A stretch of 64,000 nucleotides of DNA from Octopus sinensis (lineage: Eukaryota): the NCBI RefSeq assembly GCF_006345805.1, contig NC_042997.1, positions 191,208,001 through 191,272,000 of the forward strand, read 5' to 3'. How positions within the stretch are numbered: position 1 is the stretch's first letter; each line of letters starts with the position of its first letter. The translations under genes were made by a program, and so were the position numbers. The notes under the pieces are model-generated. The model did not search any database. It was not told the DNA's origin and worked only from the letters and a program-made list of their open reading frames with translations. Positions 1-14,000 of the stretch are shown in pieces.

Positions 1-1539
1 AGAAAACTTAGCAATTCGTGTCAAAGCCATGAACAGCCATAATCGTGACAACTGACTGCTAATGACAAATATTTTTGAGTTCAAATCCTGAAGAGGTTAA
101 CTTCACCATTTATCCTTACCAGGAGGTCATCATCGTCATCGTTTAACTGGCATGGGTTGGATGGTTTGACTGAAGACTGACAAGCTAGGAGGTTGTTCCA
201 GGCTCCAATTTGATCTGGCAAAGTTTCTACAACTGGATGGCCTTCCTAATGCCAACCACTCCGAGAGTGTAGTGGGTGCTTTTTACATGCCACTGGCATG
301 GGGGCCATTCAGGCGGCACTGGCATCAACCCAGTTTCATAAAGTATTAAGCAAGTAGTGGAGCCAATTTAACATTCATATAAAATTCCAATGAAGATATA
401 TTGTCTAGTGCTTTGTTGAGTTCATATATTGTCTGTCCTTGTTTGTCCCCTCAACGTTTAGCCCCTTGTGGGCAATAAAGAAATAAGATTTGTTAACATG
501 TTGAACAAAATGCTTAGAGGTTTTTCTTCTGGTTCTAAGCTCTAAGTTCAAACTCTGACACAGTCGATTTTGTCTTTCATCCTTTGGGGGTCAAAAAACA
601 AGCACCAGTTGAGCAATAGGGGTCAAGAAAATTGATTAGCCTCCACCCCAGCCCACCAAAATTTCATAGGTGCACACAAATATATAAATGGTGGGTTTCT
701 TTACAGTTTTGGTCTCCCAACTCCATTTACAGGGCATCCAGCTATAAAAGCCATACCAAAGGCTCCCTCACCAGTACTGGTGAAATGTAAAAAGCACAAG
801 TCTATTCTGTAAAGTAGTTAACATTAGGAAGAGTACGCAGCTATCAAAAACATGCCAAAACAGACAGTGAAGCTTAGTTCAGTCCTCTGGCTTACCAATT
901 CCTATCAAACTGTTTGATCCATGCCAGCATGGAAGACAGATGTTAGATGTTGATGATGATGATCATCATCGTTTAACGTCTACTTTCCATGCTAGCATGG
1001 GTTGGACGATTTTGACTGAGGGCTGGCAAACCAGATGGCTGCACCAGGCTCCAATCTTGATTTGGCAGAGTTTCTACAGCTTGATGCCCTTCCTAATGCC
1101 AACCACTCTGAGAGTGTAGTGGGTGCTTTTTACGTGCCACCGGCATGCGGGCCAGTCAGGCGGTACTGGCAATGACCTCGCTCGAATCTTTTTACACATG
1201 CCACCAGCACAGGTGCCAGTAAGGCAACGTTGGTAACGATCACACTCGAATGGTGCCCTTTTACGTACCACCAGCACAGAAGCCAGTTGGCTGCTCTGGC
1301 AATGATCACGTTCAGATAGTGCTCTTGGCACCCTACTAGATGACATTTGCTCGAGCTGCTACAAAGTGGGACGGAACCCAAAACCACATGGCTGTTAAGT
1401 GAACTTCTTAACCACACAACTTTCTTCCGGTTTCTAATTACCAAACCCATTTACAAGGTTATGGTCAGTGCGGAGGCTATAGCAATGGACTGAACCTAAA
1501 ACCAATGAATCAAATTCTGAATACAAAATTTATACTTAC

Positions 1540-2206
1540 ATATAACGTTCAAATTCAATATACTGACATGTAGAATTGTTGCCACATGGTTTATTTAGCT
1601 TACAAGGATCATTTTTAACAGCACCTGACTTAACATTTGCTGTGGCAGTCGGTAGTAAAGTGTTTGGTAACCTCACAACATTGCTGGTATTATTATTAAA
1701 GACAACTGACATGTTATTTAATGCCATATCTTGTAGAATTCCACGGAAATTTTCAACAGGTTGTATACTTCTGCGCTTTCGGGTACTTGAACTGCCAGGT
1801 TTCTTACCTACAGTCAATATACTCGTGTTCAAGGAACATCGATCATTTAAATTCTGTGTTATATTGAAAGAATCAACAACCAAGGTGATGTTTTCAAGAA
1901 ACACCTTTACTTCTAAAAAGTGTTTTCGGCCATCATCATATTTGGTTGAGGTTTTATAAATGAAATCCTTACAACGTTTCATTTCTGTGACAATACTGCC
2001 ATCCTGTAGTCTCAGGCTGAAGTATGATCCAGAAGTGCTTCCTGTTTGGTCAGAATCACTGAAATATGCCACCTGACCATCACTATAGCGAGTGATGAAG
2101 TAAAAGGACAACTCAAGGTTTGATTGTAACTTGTCTTGGATTGTTGCTAAGTTGTATTCAGAAAAACTTAATGTCATGTTGAATGCAAAGGTTCCTGCTG
2201 TAACTT
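1540..2206 (-). CDS. crb: crb exon 17, LamG2 and start of EGF25
   Basis: ORF 1536-2234; tttttgcag acceptor, gtaagt donor, phase 1-2; [11 protein letters not shown] laminin-G end motif. Confidence 0.92.
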
Positions 2207-5200
2207 CTGCAAAAATAAGATTGACAATGTACATATTAAAACTGATTAGTCATAGATAGATAGATAGAGAGAGAGAAGGAGAGGGGAGGGAGAAAGAGAG
2301 AGAGTGTGTGGTTGCCCAATAAATTTTCATGAATCAGAAAAAAAAAAAAACTCAGGCACTCATATATGAGGCAATATAAGTATCAAAATTTGATACAAGG
2401 CCAGCAATTTTGGGGGAGGTATTAAATCAATTACATCAAACTCCAGTGCACAACTGATACTTATTTTATCAACTCTGAGAGGATGAAAAACAAAGTCTAC
2501 CTCGGCAGAATATGAACGAACTGACAAAATGCCACTAAGTATTTTTTCCCAACATGCTAATGATTCTACCAGCTCACCACTTTAGATATGAGGTACTATT
2601 AGTCTCATAACAGCAGGTTATTGAATGGTTTCATACTGATAACTTTGCAGAATTTGAGGTATAAATTTGCAATCATCAGACATGGCTGAATGGGAAAAGC
2701 AAGAGCTATGGTCTCTTTGCAACTGGAGGCAATGGGATGACTGTTAATTTACATTTTCATATCTGTAAGGTTATTGGCAAGGAGGACAGAAGGAGGGGGA
2801 GAGGAAGGAAGGAAGAAAAACAGGAAGGAAAGACAGACAACAGACAGGAAGATAATCAGACAGACAGACATGAGTGTGTGTATCTGTGTTTGTCCCCTGC
2901 CACTGCTTGACAACCAGTGTTGGTGTGTTTACATCCCTATAATTTACCAGTTCAGCAAAAGAGACCTATAGAATAAGTACCAGTCTTAAAAAAAGATAAG
3001 TAATGGGATCATTTCATTTGACTAAAAATTCTTTATAGTGGTGCTCCAGCATGGCCAAAGTCTAAACAAGACTGAAACAAGAAAAAGAATATGGAAACAT
3101 CTCTCATCATAACTTACCGCCTTGACAAGAATCTCCAATATATGGTCGGTCGCATATACATTGTTTTTGAAACCAAAGATCAATGCAGCTGCCTCTTTCA
3201 TTACAGGAATCACGTAAGCACTGGTCACTGCGTGGACAACTCATGGTGACATGTTCAACTTTTGAAGCATTGGTAGCCAAGAGGACATTCCCATTAACAG
3301 AAACATCTTGTAGACAACCAATAAACGGTGCACTTGGTTGTTTAGAATTTGGCGATAAGTTACTGTGCAGTTTTCCAAATGAAACTTCTCCAGTTGCTGC
3401 TTCTGTTAAATCAAACTTCTTTAAGTGGCCGCCAATCTGTACAAAGAGCTCTTTTGAAATAAACTCAAACTTAATAAATTGCCAAGCAGAATTATTGACT
3501 GTATCGAAGTTTAAATTGGTAATGTTATCATTCACAAGAGCAGGCTGACCTTGTCTCAGCTGAAAGGTGAGGTATTTGTTATTTTGTAATACAAACGTGG
3601 AAACAAGAATATTTCCCAATGTTGTTTGATATTGAAATTCTATTATCAGTTTATTGGTGGCAAGGGCTTTTGTTTCTAAAGAAGAAGAACCATTGAAAGA
3701 CATTGTGGTAACAACTTGACAGTCTTTTCCATTAAAACCATGCAAACAGCTGCATGTGTAATAATGTTGTGAGTTATTTTCATCAAAGAACGGGTTGCAG
3801 GTGCCATTATTGAGGCAAGGGTTACGATTGCATCCAGTCAACTCAACAGAACAATTCTTTCCACCATACCAAGGTTTTGAGGGACCTTTTAAACAGGTAC
3901 AATTATAGATTCCATCGCCATTGTAACACTTTGATCCATGCTGGCAATAACTTCTGGAACATTCATCAATATCTGTATCGCAAAGTGCACCTTCATATCC
4001 TTCCTCACATTTACATTTTGCATAGCCTATGTAATCACTACAATTACCATGCACACAGTTTAAAGACAAGCATTCGTTGATGTCTTGGGAACAGTTATGA
4101 CCTTGAAAGAGAAATAAAGAAAAGATGGCATTAATTATTTTCATGACTGGGCACAATCTCTTTTAACTTCCAAAATACATCAACTGATAGAAACAGTTTA
4201 CTAAATGGTCAAAAAAAAAAAAAACCATAACTGAGTAAAGATGAATTAAACAATAATATGTGTATGTTGCATTATTTTCTGAGTTCAGTTCCTGTTTCTA
4301 ATATTGTGCTAGCCAGTTTATCTGAAGGATTCCTTCTTCAGTGCAATCAAGGAACAGTAGCAGATAGTATATATATCCTTTTCTTATTTCTTTGTTGCCC
4401 ACAAGGGGCTAAACATAGAAGGGACAAACAAGGACAGACAAACAGATTAAGTCGATTACATTGACCCCAGTGCATAACTGGTACTTATTTAATCGACCCG
4501 AAAGGATGAAAGGCAAAGTCGACCTCGGCGGAATTTGAACTCAGAACGTAGCAGCAGATGAAATATAGCAACGTGAAATAAAATGTTTTGCTCAAGAACA
4601 CAACACACAGCCCGGTCTGGGATTCGAACTCACAACCTCACAATCGTAAGCTCAACACTAACCACTGAGCCATGCACCTTCACAGACATATTTAAACATA
4701 AGCTGCCGGACGAGATAGTGAAGATGCCGATGACCGCTCAGTTCAAAGTCTCTCTTGACCAGAAATGGCCTGAACTCTTTGTATGACTACCCTCCCTGTA
4801 CATAATTCCCTGTCCCCCTACATAGCCTTGCTTTTGAACCAATAAAAATTGAATTGAATTGAATTGAAAAAAAATATATCCTATTTCTCTCATTTATTTT
4901 TTCTCTTCTCTTATTATTTGCCTTCTTATTCAAATACAGTGTTAGGTTCTAAATTCTGATACAACAACCAAGTTCAACACAAGACACCTGAAGATGGGTG
5001 GAGCATGCAACAGCTGTAATATAGTGAAAGAAACAATCAAAATGAGGACACTAGTCTGAGTAATATGAACACACTATGTTGGTTTTTTTGACATTACTAC
5101 TGAGAACTCTCTTCAAAGGAAATACAAATTTAATTGTCAACACCATCCGATCATGGCCGTTTGCCAGCCTCATCTGGCACCTGTGTCGGTGGCACATAAA

Positions 5201-8031
5201 AACACCTTCCGAAGACCCGGCAAGACTAGTCAGTCCACCTGTGCATACCTTCCTTCTTGTGACACTTGTGAAGACCGGTTGAGGCAAGTGAAAATTAAAT
5301 CAAATCAAATCAAAATAGACAAAATAGATGAACATCAATGGAATTTGTATCTTGTGGTACCAGTGCCTGTGGCACACAAGAAATCCATCAGTGCTGTAGT
5401 CAGTGCGGTGGGCACATGACAAACACCATCCGATCGTGGCCGTTCGCCAGCCTCATCTAGCACCTGTGTCGGTGGCACATAAAAACACCATCCGAAGACC
5501 CGGCAAGACTAGTCAGGCCATAACCCATGGCCCCTACCTGGGACGTAGTCAGTCCACCTGTGCATACCTTCCTTCTTGTGACACTTGTGAAGACCTGTTG
5601 AGGCAAGTGAAAATCAAAACAAATCAAAATAGATGAACATCAATGGAATTTGTATCTTTGTGGTGCCAGTGCCGGTGGCACGTGGCACACAAGGGGGCTG
5701 TCCGAACGTGGCCGTAGCCGGTGCCGCATCGACTGGCCTCCGTGCTGTGGGCACGTAGCAAGCACCATCCGATCGTGGCCATTTGCCAGCCTCATCTGGC
5801 ACCTGTGTCGGTGGCACATAAAAACACCATCCGAGCGTGGCCGTCTGCCAGCCTCGTCTGGCACCTGTGTCGGTGGCACATAAAAAACACCATCCGAGCG
5901 TGGCCGTTTGCCAGCCTCGTCTGGCACCTGTGTCGGTGGCACATAAAATCACCCACTACACTCTCGGAGTGGTTGGCGTTAGGAAGGGCATCCAGCTGTA
6001 GAAACACTGCCAGATCTGACTGGACTGGTGCAGCTTTCGGGCTCCCCAGACCCCAGTTGAACCGTCCAACCCATGCTAGCATGGAAAGCGGACGTTAAAT
6101 GATGATGATGATGATGATGATTATCTGTTTCTTTATTACCCACAAGGGGCTAAACATAGAGGGGACAAACAAGGACAGACAAACGGATTAAGTCGAATAC
6201 ATCGACTCCAGTGCGTAACTGGTACTTAATTTATTGACCCTGAAAGGCTGAAAGGCAAAGTCGACCTCGGCGGAATTTGAACTCAGAACGTAACGGCAGA
6301 CGAAATACCGCTACGCATTTCGCCTAGCATGCTAACGATTCTGCCAGCTCGTGCCTTATACAAATTTAATTGTCTTTATCATTAATGACCCATGCTAGCA
6401 TGGAAAACGGACGCTAAACGATGATGATGATGATGATGAATAGGGCATGGTTCCCTACTGATAAATTAAATATTTTCTCACCTTCATAACCAGTTTCACA
6501 TAAGCATTTATATCCAGAGGCATTGGCATAGGAAAACCGAGGAGAGCCAAAATAAGGAAAATTTTGACCATATAGTGATTGGTTGGAACGCTGGAGACAT
6601 GCAGAAGAGTGGACGCATGGATTAACTGAACATTCATTGATATCTGTCTCACAATGCTTGCCTTTGTAACCTTTGTAACATTTGCAGGTATAGTTCTGAA
6701 AAATAATATTAATTGGAATTAATTAAATCACACCAAAGGAACACAAGTATAATAAACGTTTGTTATTTTTGTGTATTTTCCTCTAATGATCCCCAGCCAT
6801 CTAGCCTCCCTCATTGCAGCATCACTGTGTGGTCAAGAAGTTTATCTCATGACCACAGGATTTTAGGCTTAATACCTATTTCTTTACTACCCACAAGGGG
6901 CTAAACACAGAGAGGACAAACAAGGACAGACAAAGGGATTAAGTCGATTATATCGACCCCAGTGCGTAACTGGTACTTATTTAATCAACCCCAAAAGGAT
7001 GAAAGGCAAAGTCGACCTCGGCAGAATTTGAACTCGGAATGTAGTGGCAGACAAAATACCTATTTTTTTACTACCCACAAGGGGCTAAACACAGAGAGGA
7101 CAAACAAGGACAGACAAACGGATTAAGTCGATTATGTCAACCCCAGTGCGTAACTGATACTTATTTAATCGACCCCAAAAGGATGAAAGGCAAAGTCGAC
7201 CTCGGTGAAATTTGAACTCAGAACGTAATGGCAGATGAAATACAGCTACGCATTTCGCCCAGCGTGCTAATGTTTCTGCCAGCTCGCCACCTTTTTTAGG
7301 TTTAATACCTTGTGACTCACACCACTAGAAATACAGTGAAGCTGTGAGAGGCTGTCTGTTGGGAACCTGTTACAATATCTTTTATCATTTGAATTGATGA
7401 TGTCATCAATGTATCCTGCTATGTCTAGGGAAATTACTTGAGTGTATCCATCACTTAATGTGGAATTATGAACGTATCAGGGAAATTGCTTCAATGTATC
7501 AATACTTGATAGGAAGTCTACAATGTAATCTTAACCCATATCACAAAACTAAGCACCAGGCTACTGCATTATACATGTAATTATATTGCTTCATACTATA
7601 CATCATACACTATGCAAATTCTACATCACATACCTCATCACATCACATAACAATAAGACGACATGCACCGGTACGTATTCTAAAACATCCAATCAACCAC
7701 AGCTGACGATGTATTTGCATCTGTATGAGCAGGCCTAGTCAAGATTTATTTTGTGGTAGACTAGCAATTTCCCATGCATACAATTCTCTCCCTTCCATAA
7801 CACCAATGTTGTCCACAGGAAAAGCAATACAAGGGCTGGCACTAGTATTGTTAAGGATGTTGCTGTCGGAATGCAAAGACCCAAAACAAATATTGCATGG
7901 TTCTGAATGCTCTGCCAATCCATTATTTCATCAATTCCCAATAGAATGAATAGCAAGAATTTTGAACCTGGATTTGAACCTGGCATGCACGGAGTCAACC
8001 CACAATGCTTGGATTAACTATAAATATATAT

Positions 8032-8096
<65 letters not shown>

Positions 8097-11000
8097 AGGC
8101 AGATATGCTTTTAAGGTAAGAGAATAAGAGTTGTGTATAAATATATATATATATATATGGTCACCCTAGTGCACAGGATTCTTGTGATCTCATATTTCAA
8201 CTGTTAGTAATCAACATAACAGTATAAGACAACTAAAGAATACCCAGTACTACACACTGCACCTCACAACCACTTTGCCATACAATACACTACACAACAA
8301 TACACCACACTGACTTACACATCACACAACACAACATCACAGACAAAAGTGAAATTATGAAATATTTAATACCTTCACACCATCAATACACGATGCATTG
8401 TTTTGACATGGATTGCTGAGACAATCATCGATGTTAACTGAACATGTTGGTCCTTTGAAGCCAGTGTCTGTACAATTACACTGATATCTGAAGTAAAGAA
8501 AACGAGATATTATTATCACAAACATCTGATCTGTCGGTGGCATTGGCATCACTCGTTTATTGCAATAATAATTTCAATGTCTACTCACATTACATTTCAC
8601 TGCGATCCATTGACTACCAGCCAATGAGTACACTGGTTCAAATGCACAGAAAACTAAAGACAGGTGAAGGAACAACAAGCAGGTGTATTAGTTTGATGCT
8701 CAGAAGAATGGCAAAGTCTTTGACATTTTGAGCTTATGCTCTTTGTCAGAAAAGGACAAGATAAAGAAAAATGGAGAGAGCATGTATCTCCTTTACAACA
8801 GCACACCTGTTTCTGTCCTCATTCTTCTCTCTCTCTCTCTGGTTGGGTAACCATGTACCTTCCCTACAGCAAGACACCTGTTTCTATCTCTCTGCCTCAC
8901 TATAATCTTTCATCTCCTCCTCCAATGTCCCCTCCCCTCTCAAAAGATCTTTGTTTTGCAAGTTACTTGGTGACCCTGCTAGTGCTGGTGCCACTTAAAA
9001 ATCATACAGCCCACATTGAAAAGTGGCTGGCATTTGGAAGGGCATCCAGTTGTAAAAACCATGCCTAAATTTGACCTTGCCTGAGCTTGTGCCATGTAAA
9101 AAGAAATCAGTCACTTTGCCGAGTCACTGGTGTTAGAAAGAGCATCCAGCCATAAAAACCCTGCCAAAACAGACACAGGAGTCTGGTGCAGGCTCCTGCC
9201 AGGCCAACTCCCATCAAACCATCCAACCCATGCCAGCATGGAAGGCAGACATTAAACGATGATGGTTATGAGAGAGAGAGAGAAAAAATGTGTCAGGATT
9301 AACAGTTTTGCATGATGAAATGACTGTCCCTCTTTGTCTTTTGTTTTCTGTACATTTTAACCATACATATAATATATGCACACATGATAACCCAAGTTTG
9401 ATCCTGCCTGACTCAACTCCTCCTCTCATAGACCCTTATTTCTCCTACCTTCTTCTCAGATCTTTGCTACCTTTCCTTATCCACCATCACTCCACTCAGA
9501 TTTCTTGGACACTACCATCATAGATCTTATTGCACACTGTTGCTATTGAGATATATTATTCATTTAGATAATACAGTTTCATATTTAAGAGATGAGGAAT
9601 TATGTACATTATTTACATTTGACAGATATTTGTCCTCATCTTGTTTGTTGTTAACACAACATTTCAGCTGATATACCCATCAGCCTTTATCAGGTGTCTT
9701 GGGGAAATTTCGAACCTGGATTCTCATCCCTAAGGTATTTTCCAATGTTGTTGTTGTTACTTTGTATGTTACTTTGCTTTTGGTCAGCATCTTGCACCAG
9801 CCACAAGTCTGGTCCGAAATCCTCAGCAGATTGTCCTGCAAAGACTGACAATTTTGCTATATCTTCTCACCCCTCTGTTAATACTTCTAGAATTTATGGC
9901 CAAACGAGGGCTATTTCAACTTTAAAATCATCTTTTGTTTCTATTTTGAAATCACTATTCACCTAGGCCAGGTAACATGCTGCGTCCTTAAGCAAGGCAC
10001 TTCATTTCCTTTTACTTCAGTTTACTTAGCTGTAATAAGTACCAGCCAAATATTGATAAAGCTTCCTCTTTATCCAGCAACCATATCCTGGATTTTCAGC
10101 AAGGTTAAAGGTGAGAACATCATGAAAAGTATCTATATCAGTCCTCAACTAAATAGGCACCTAAAACAATTGGTGAAAGACTGGTAATAAGAGACACATA
10201 GCCTAGTGGTTTTGTCACTGTACTCACAATCACAAGATCATAGTTTCAACACCCAGGCGAAGCTGTGCATTGTGTTCTTGGGCAAAACACTTCATTTCAC
10301 AATGCCTCAGTCCACTCAGCTGTAAATAAGTAACCCTGCCATGGATTGTGTCCCATCCAGGGGGAATGTTGTAGCTTCAGTCACTTAAACTGAGTAACCA
10401 TCTCAACGAGTCCTAGAATTTAAGACATTAATATCCAGAGGCAGATGGTTAGTACTACCAAACCATATTCACTGGTCTTCTTGATGCCATCCTTCTGTTG
10501 ACAGCTGTGAAGGAAAACAACATAATTTACTTTACAGAACAGTAGATAATATTTCTTCAGTGAACCTGTATGGAATACTTAATGATCTCAGTCATCAACT
10601 TTTGAAACCTTCACCTATCATGCTTAACCCCTTAGCATTTAAACCAGCTATATCTGGTCCAAAATATTCTGTTTTACATTCAAACTGAATAGATCCACCC
10701 TCTCACACCTATCCTATAATGTCCTTCTGAAAATAAACAATCACATCAAAATCTCAAAGCTACAAGATAATCGATGACTAATTCAAAACAATGTGAATAA
10801 TTATGCATTGCACTTGACAAAGTAATCTTAATACTAAAGAGTTAATGAAGAACAAAACTTGTATCCTTACGCATTCAATAGATCTTTGCATTGACCAAGG
10901 TTTTTACAAGGATTGCTTTCACATTCATTGATATCTATCTCACAGTTCTTGCCTTCTGTTCCATTGATACATGAACAGTTGTATGAATTGATGCCATCTT

Positions 11001-14000
11001 CACATGTTCCATTGTTTTGACACGGATCGTTGACACAATCATCAATGTTGATCTCACAGTTTTTACCTAGGTCAGAGAAGATAAGAAATTTCAGATTCAG
11101 TGAAAAATTTTACAACACCTCATTCGCATTGGTTACAATATGTCATTTGATGTATAAATTCATCCAAGCAGTTAACTAGACACAAATGCCAGGTTTCCCT
11201 CAAATAACACCCTAGTCTCTTTCAAAAAGCAACAATGCATTCAACAATACAGTCTTAACCCTTTAGTTACTGCATTTATTTTGAGATGCTCTGTATCTCT
11301 TTCAATTACTTTCAATATAACAAAGAATTTAATAAAATAACTTAGTTATCATTCAGCTAGTGTTAGGAACATAAATTGTAACTAAGGTTTGGTAGAAGAT
11401 TTTAATTCAAAACTTATGAAAATAAGACATTTGTACACAGATCCAGAGCCAGTTTCAGCTGGGTTGGTAACGAAAGGGTTAAATATACAAAAAGAGAAGA
11501 TAATGACATACAGAATGCCATTGATCGTAGTCTGCTAGATCAAAGCTGACAGGGGGTTAAACTGAATCCAATAGGAGCTAAGTACAAATTCCATAGTGTT
11601 GCATCAGCTTACAATGTTAGATTTAAATCTGATAATTCTAAAATAGACTAGCAAACTTTACATCGTTTTCAAGTGACTAAAACATTGAGAGATTGAAACA
11701 AAAAAAAACTGAAAACAACTTTGACATCTTCTAGAGGCTAGAAGTGAGAAACAAATAAATTTATGATGAAAATACAATCAGTTACAATGATTATAATTTC
11801 CATGATGAAGAAATGGCTATTAGATCCTTTAACAAAATTAGTTTTGAGCAGCTGTATGAGTCAATGTGGCTTTTCGTTACACCAGAGTCAATAGTATAAA
11901 TATTAGTAATGTAGTCAGTCCATTATATATCTATCTTGTGTTCAAAAGCAGAATTTCTTGGTGACTAGGAAAAATTTCTTAACGTAGGATGAGAAGAAAA
12001 TTATAATCCTATAAACTAGCAGTAACATAATCTCTATCTTTAGTTCAAAAAGTTTTATAAATATTAATTTATTTTGACCAGACAAGATCAATTTTCTCCA
12101 CAACATTGATACTGATGATAGCCAGAGATCCTGAGAGAATGTGACCTCCCAGATCAAGATAAAGGGAGATAAGCTATCCTCCAAGCATGTCTAGCTTATG
12201 CAGTTAAATGTTTCAAGTCAAACCATTGAATTTACTACAAAACAAATCAGAACTATAAATCTGATGTCTTGAGGAAATTGTATCTTGAAATAAAATCAAT
12301 CAAAACTGCAGAGCAAACCCAAGAAAAACTTGACTAGTTTTCATTGATCTTTGCTATCTTTTCAATACTTAATACTATAAAATTCAAATTATATATATAT
12401 ATTCATTCATTTATTTATTTATTTGTAGAAAGATTTTCTTTAAGAAATATTTGAAGAAAACAGAATCACAAATTACTAAACAGGAAAGCACTTAAGCACA
12501 ACATGAATACCATTTTTTTTTTTAAAGATGTTTTTAGATATTTGTTAATTTATATTTTAAGAAAATCTCTCTTTAAATATTGTGACTGTATCAATAATTT
12601 TTTGCCAAAAATTTTTTCTGAATATATATAGAGATATATGTAATTACCTGTAAAACCAACTCGGCAACTACATACAAATTTCTCTTTGGGGTGAGACTTG
12701 CAGGTGCCACCATTTTGACAGCGTCCAGTTGAATTGGTGCAGTAGTCAAAAAATAATTCACAATTACGACCTAATGAGACAGAAATGAACAGTAAATCAT
12801 GACGTAAAGAAATTGTTATTTATTATTATTATTATTATTACTAGGGATTTTGACCTTTAAATTTTGGGGAAAATATGCGGATTATACTCGAAGATTTACA
12901 GTATACAAAGCCCAATCATGACCACCAGCCTGATAAGGGCACATCAAGTACATCAGGTACATGCATCACAACCATGTGTGTGCAACATGGTGACCTCATA
13001 TTGAGATAAACAGTACATTACTTTGCAAGTGGGTCCCAGTTAGAATTTTCTTTAGATTGAGTAGCCCATCATGCTCAAAAAAGGTCCCTGAATAAGAATC
13101 GTTTAAGGATGATGAATGAAACACCCATGTTTCCAGGAGTGAGCTATTCAAACTCAAAAGAATTCCTCTCAACGCATAGTTCTGATTCTCCTTCCTACTC
13201 CTGTTCATGATCAGAAATGCACATATTGTCGGCCACTAAGAGACGTTCAACTGGTTATGATCAAGCATTTGATAAGCAAATCTGTAGTATTGGGCAGAAT
13301 ATTTGCTGTAGCCCATCTTTTAGACCAAGACATGTTAACATTTCCAATCAGCTAATATCAGAAACCACGAGAGCCAGTGGTACTGCATCAGGGATATTAT
13401 TGTTGTTATTATTAAGGCGGTGAACTGGCAGAATCGTTACCACACCAGGCATAATGCTTAGCAGTATTTCGTCCATCTCTACATTCTGAGTTCAAATTCA
13501 GCCTAGTTCGACTTCACTTTTCAACCTTTCGGGGGTCAATAAAATAAATACCCGTTGGATACTGAGGTCGACGTAACTGTAACTGACTTATCCCCTCCCT
13601 CAAAATTGGTGGCCCTGTGCCAAAATTTAAAATTATTATTATTATCATTATTATTATTTTTTATTAATTTTATGTAACATTAACATTGAGAGAGTTTATC
13701 ATCTTAAATATGATCTTAAAATTTATTTAAAAAATTATACCAACTTACCTACAGTATACTTGCCCGCATTTCCAGAATTGTCACAGGTGCATAAAAAATC
13801 TCCAGGTAGATTAGAGCAGACACCACCATTCAAGCAGATACCGTGATTTTCACCAGGAAATATATAATTACATTCGTTAATGTCATTCTCACAATTGGTG
13901 CCGTTGTAACCAGTTGGGAATTTTAAGTGCAGATAGTTCTCAATTGTCTCTATTTTAAAATCACATTCACATCTATAACTTCCAACACTATTTACACATT

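Noticed and set aside
5140-5960. CRISPR-like repeat-spacer array
   Set aside because: Modules are tandem without unique spacers, belong to a dispersed retroelement family, and sit in eukaryotic DNA with no cas genes.
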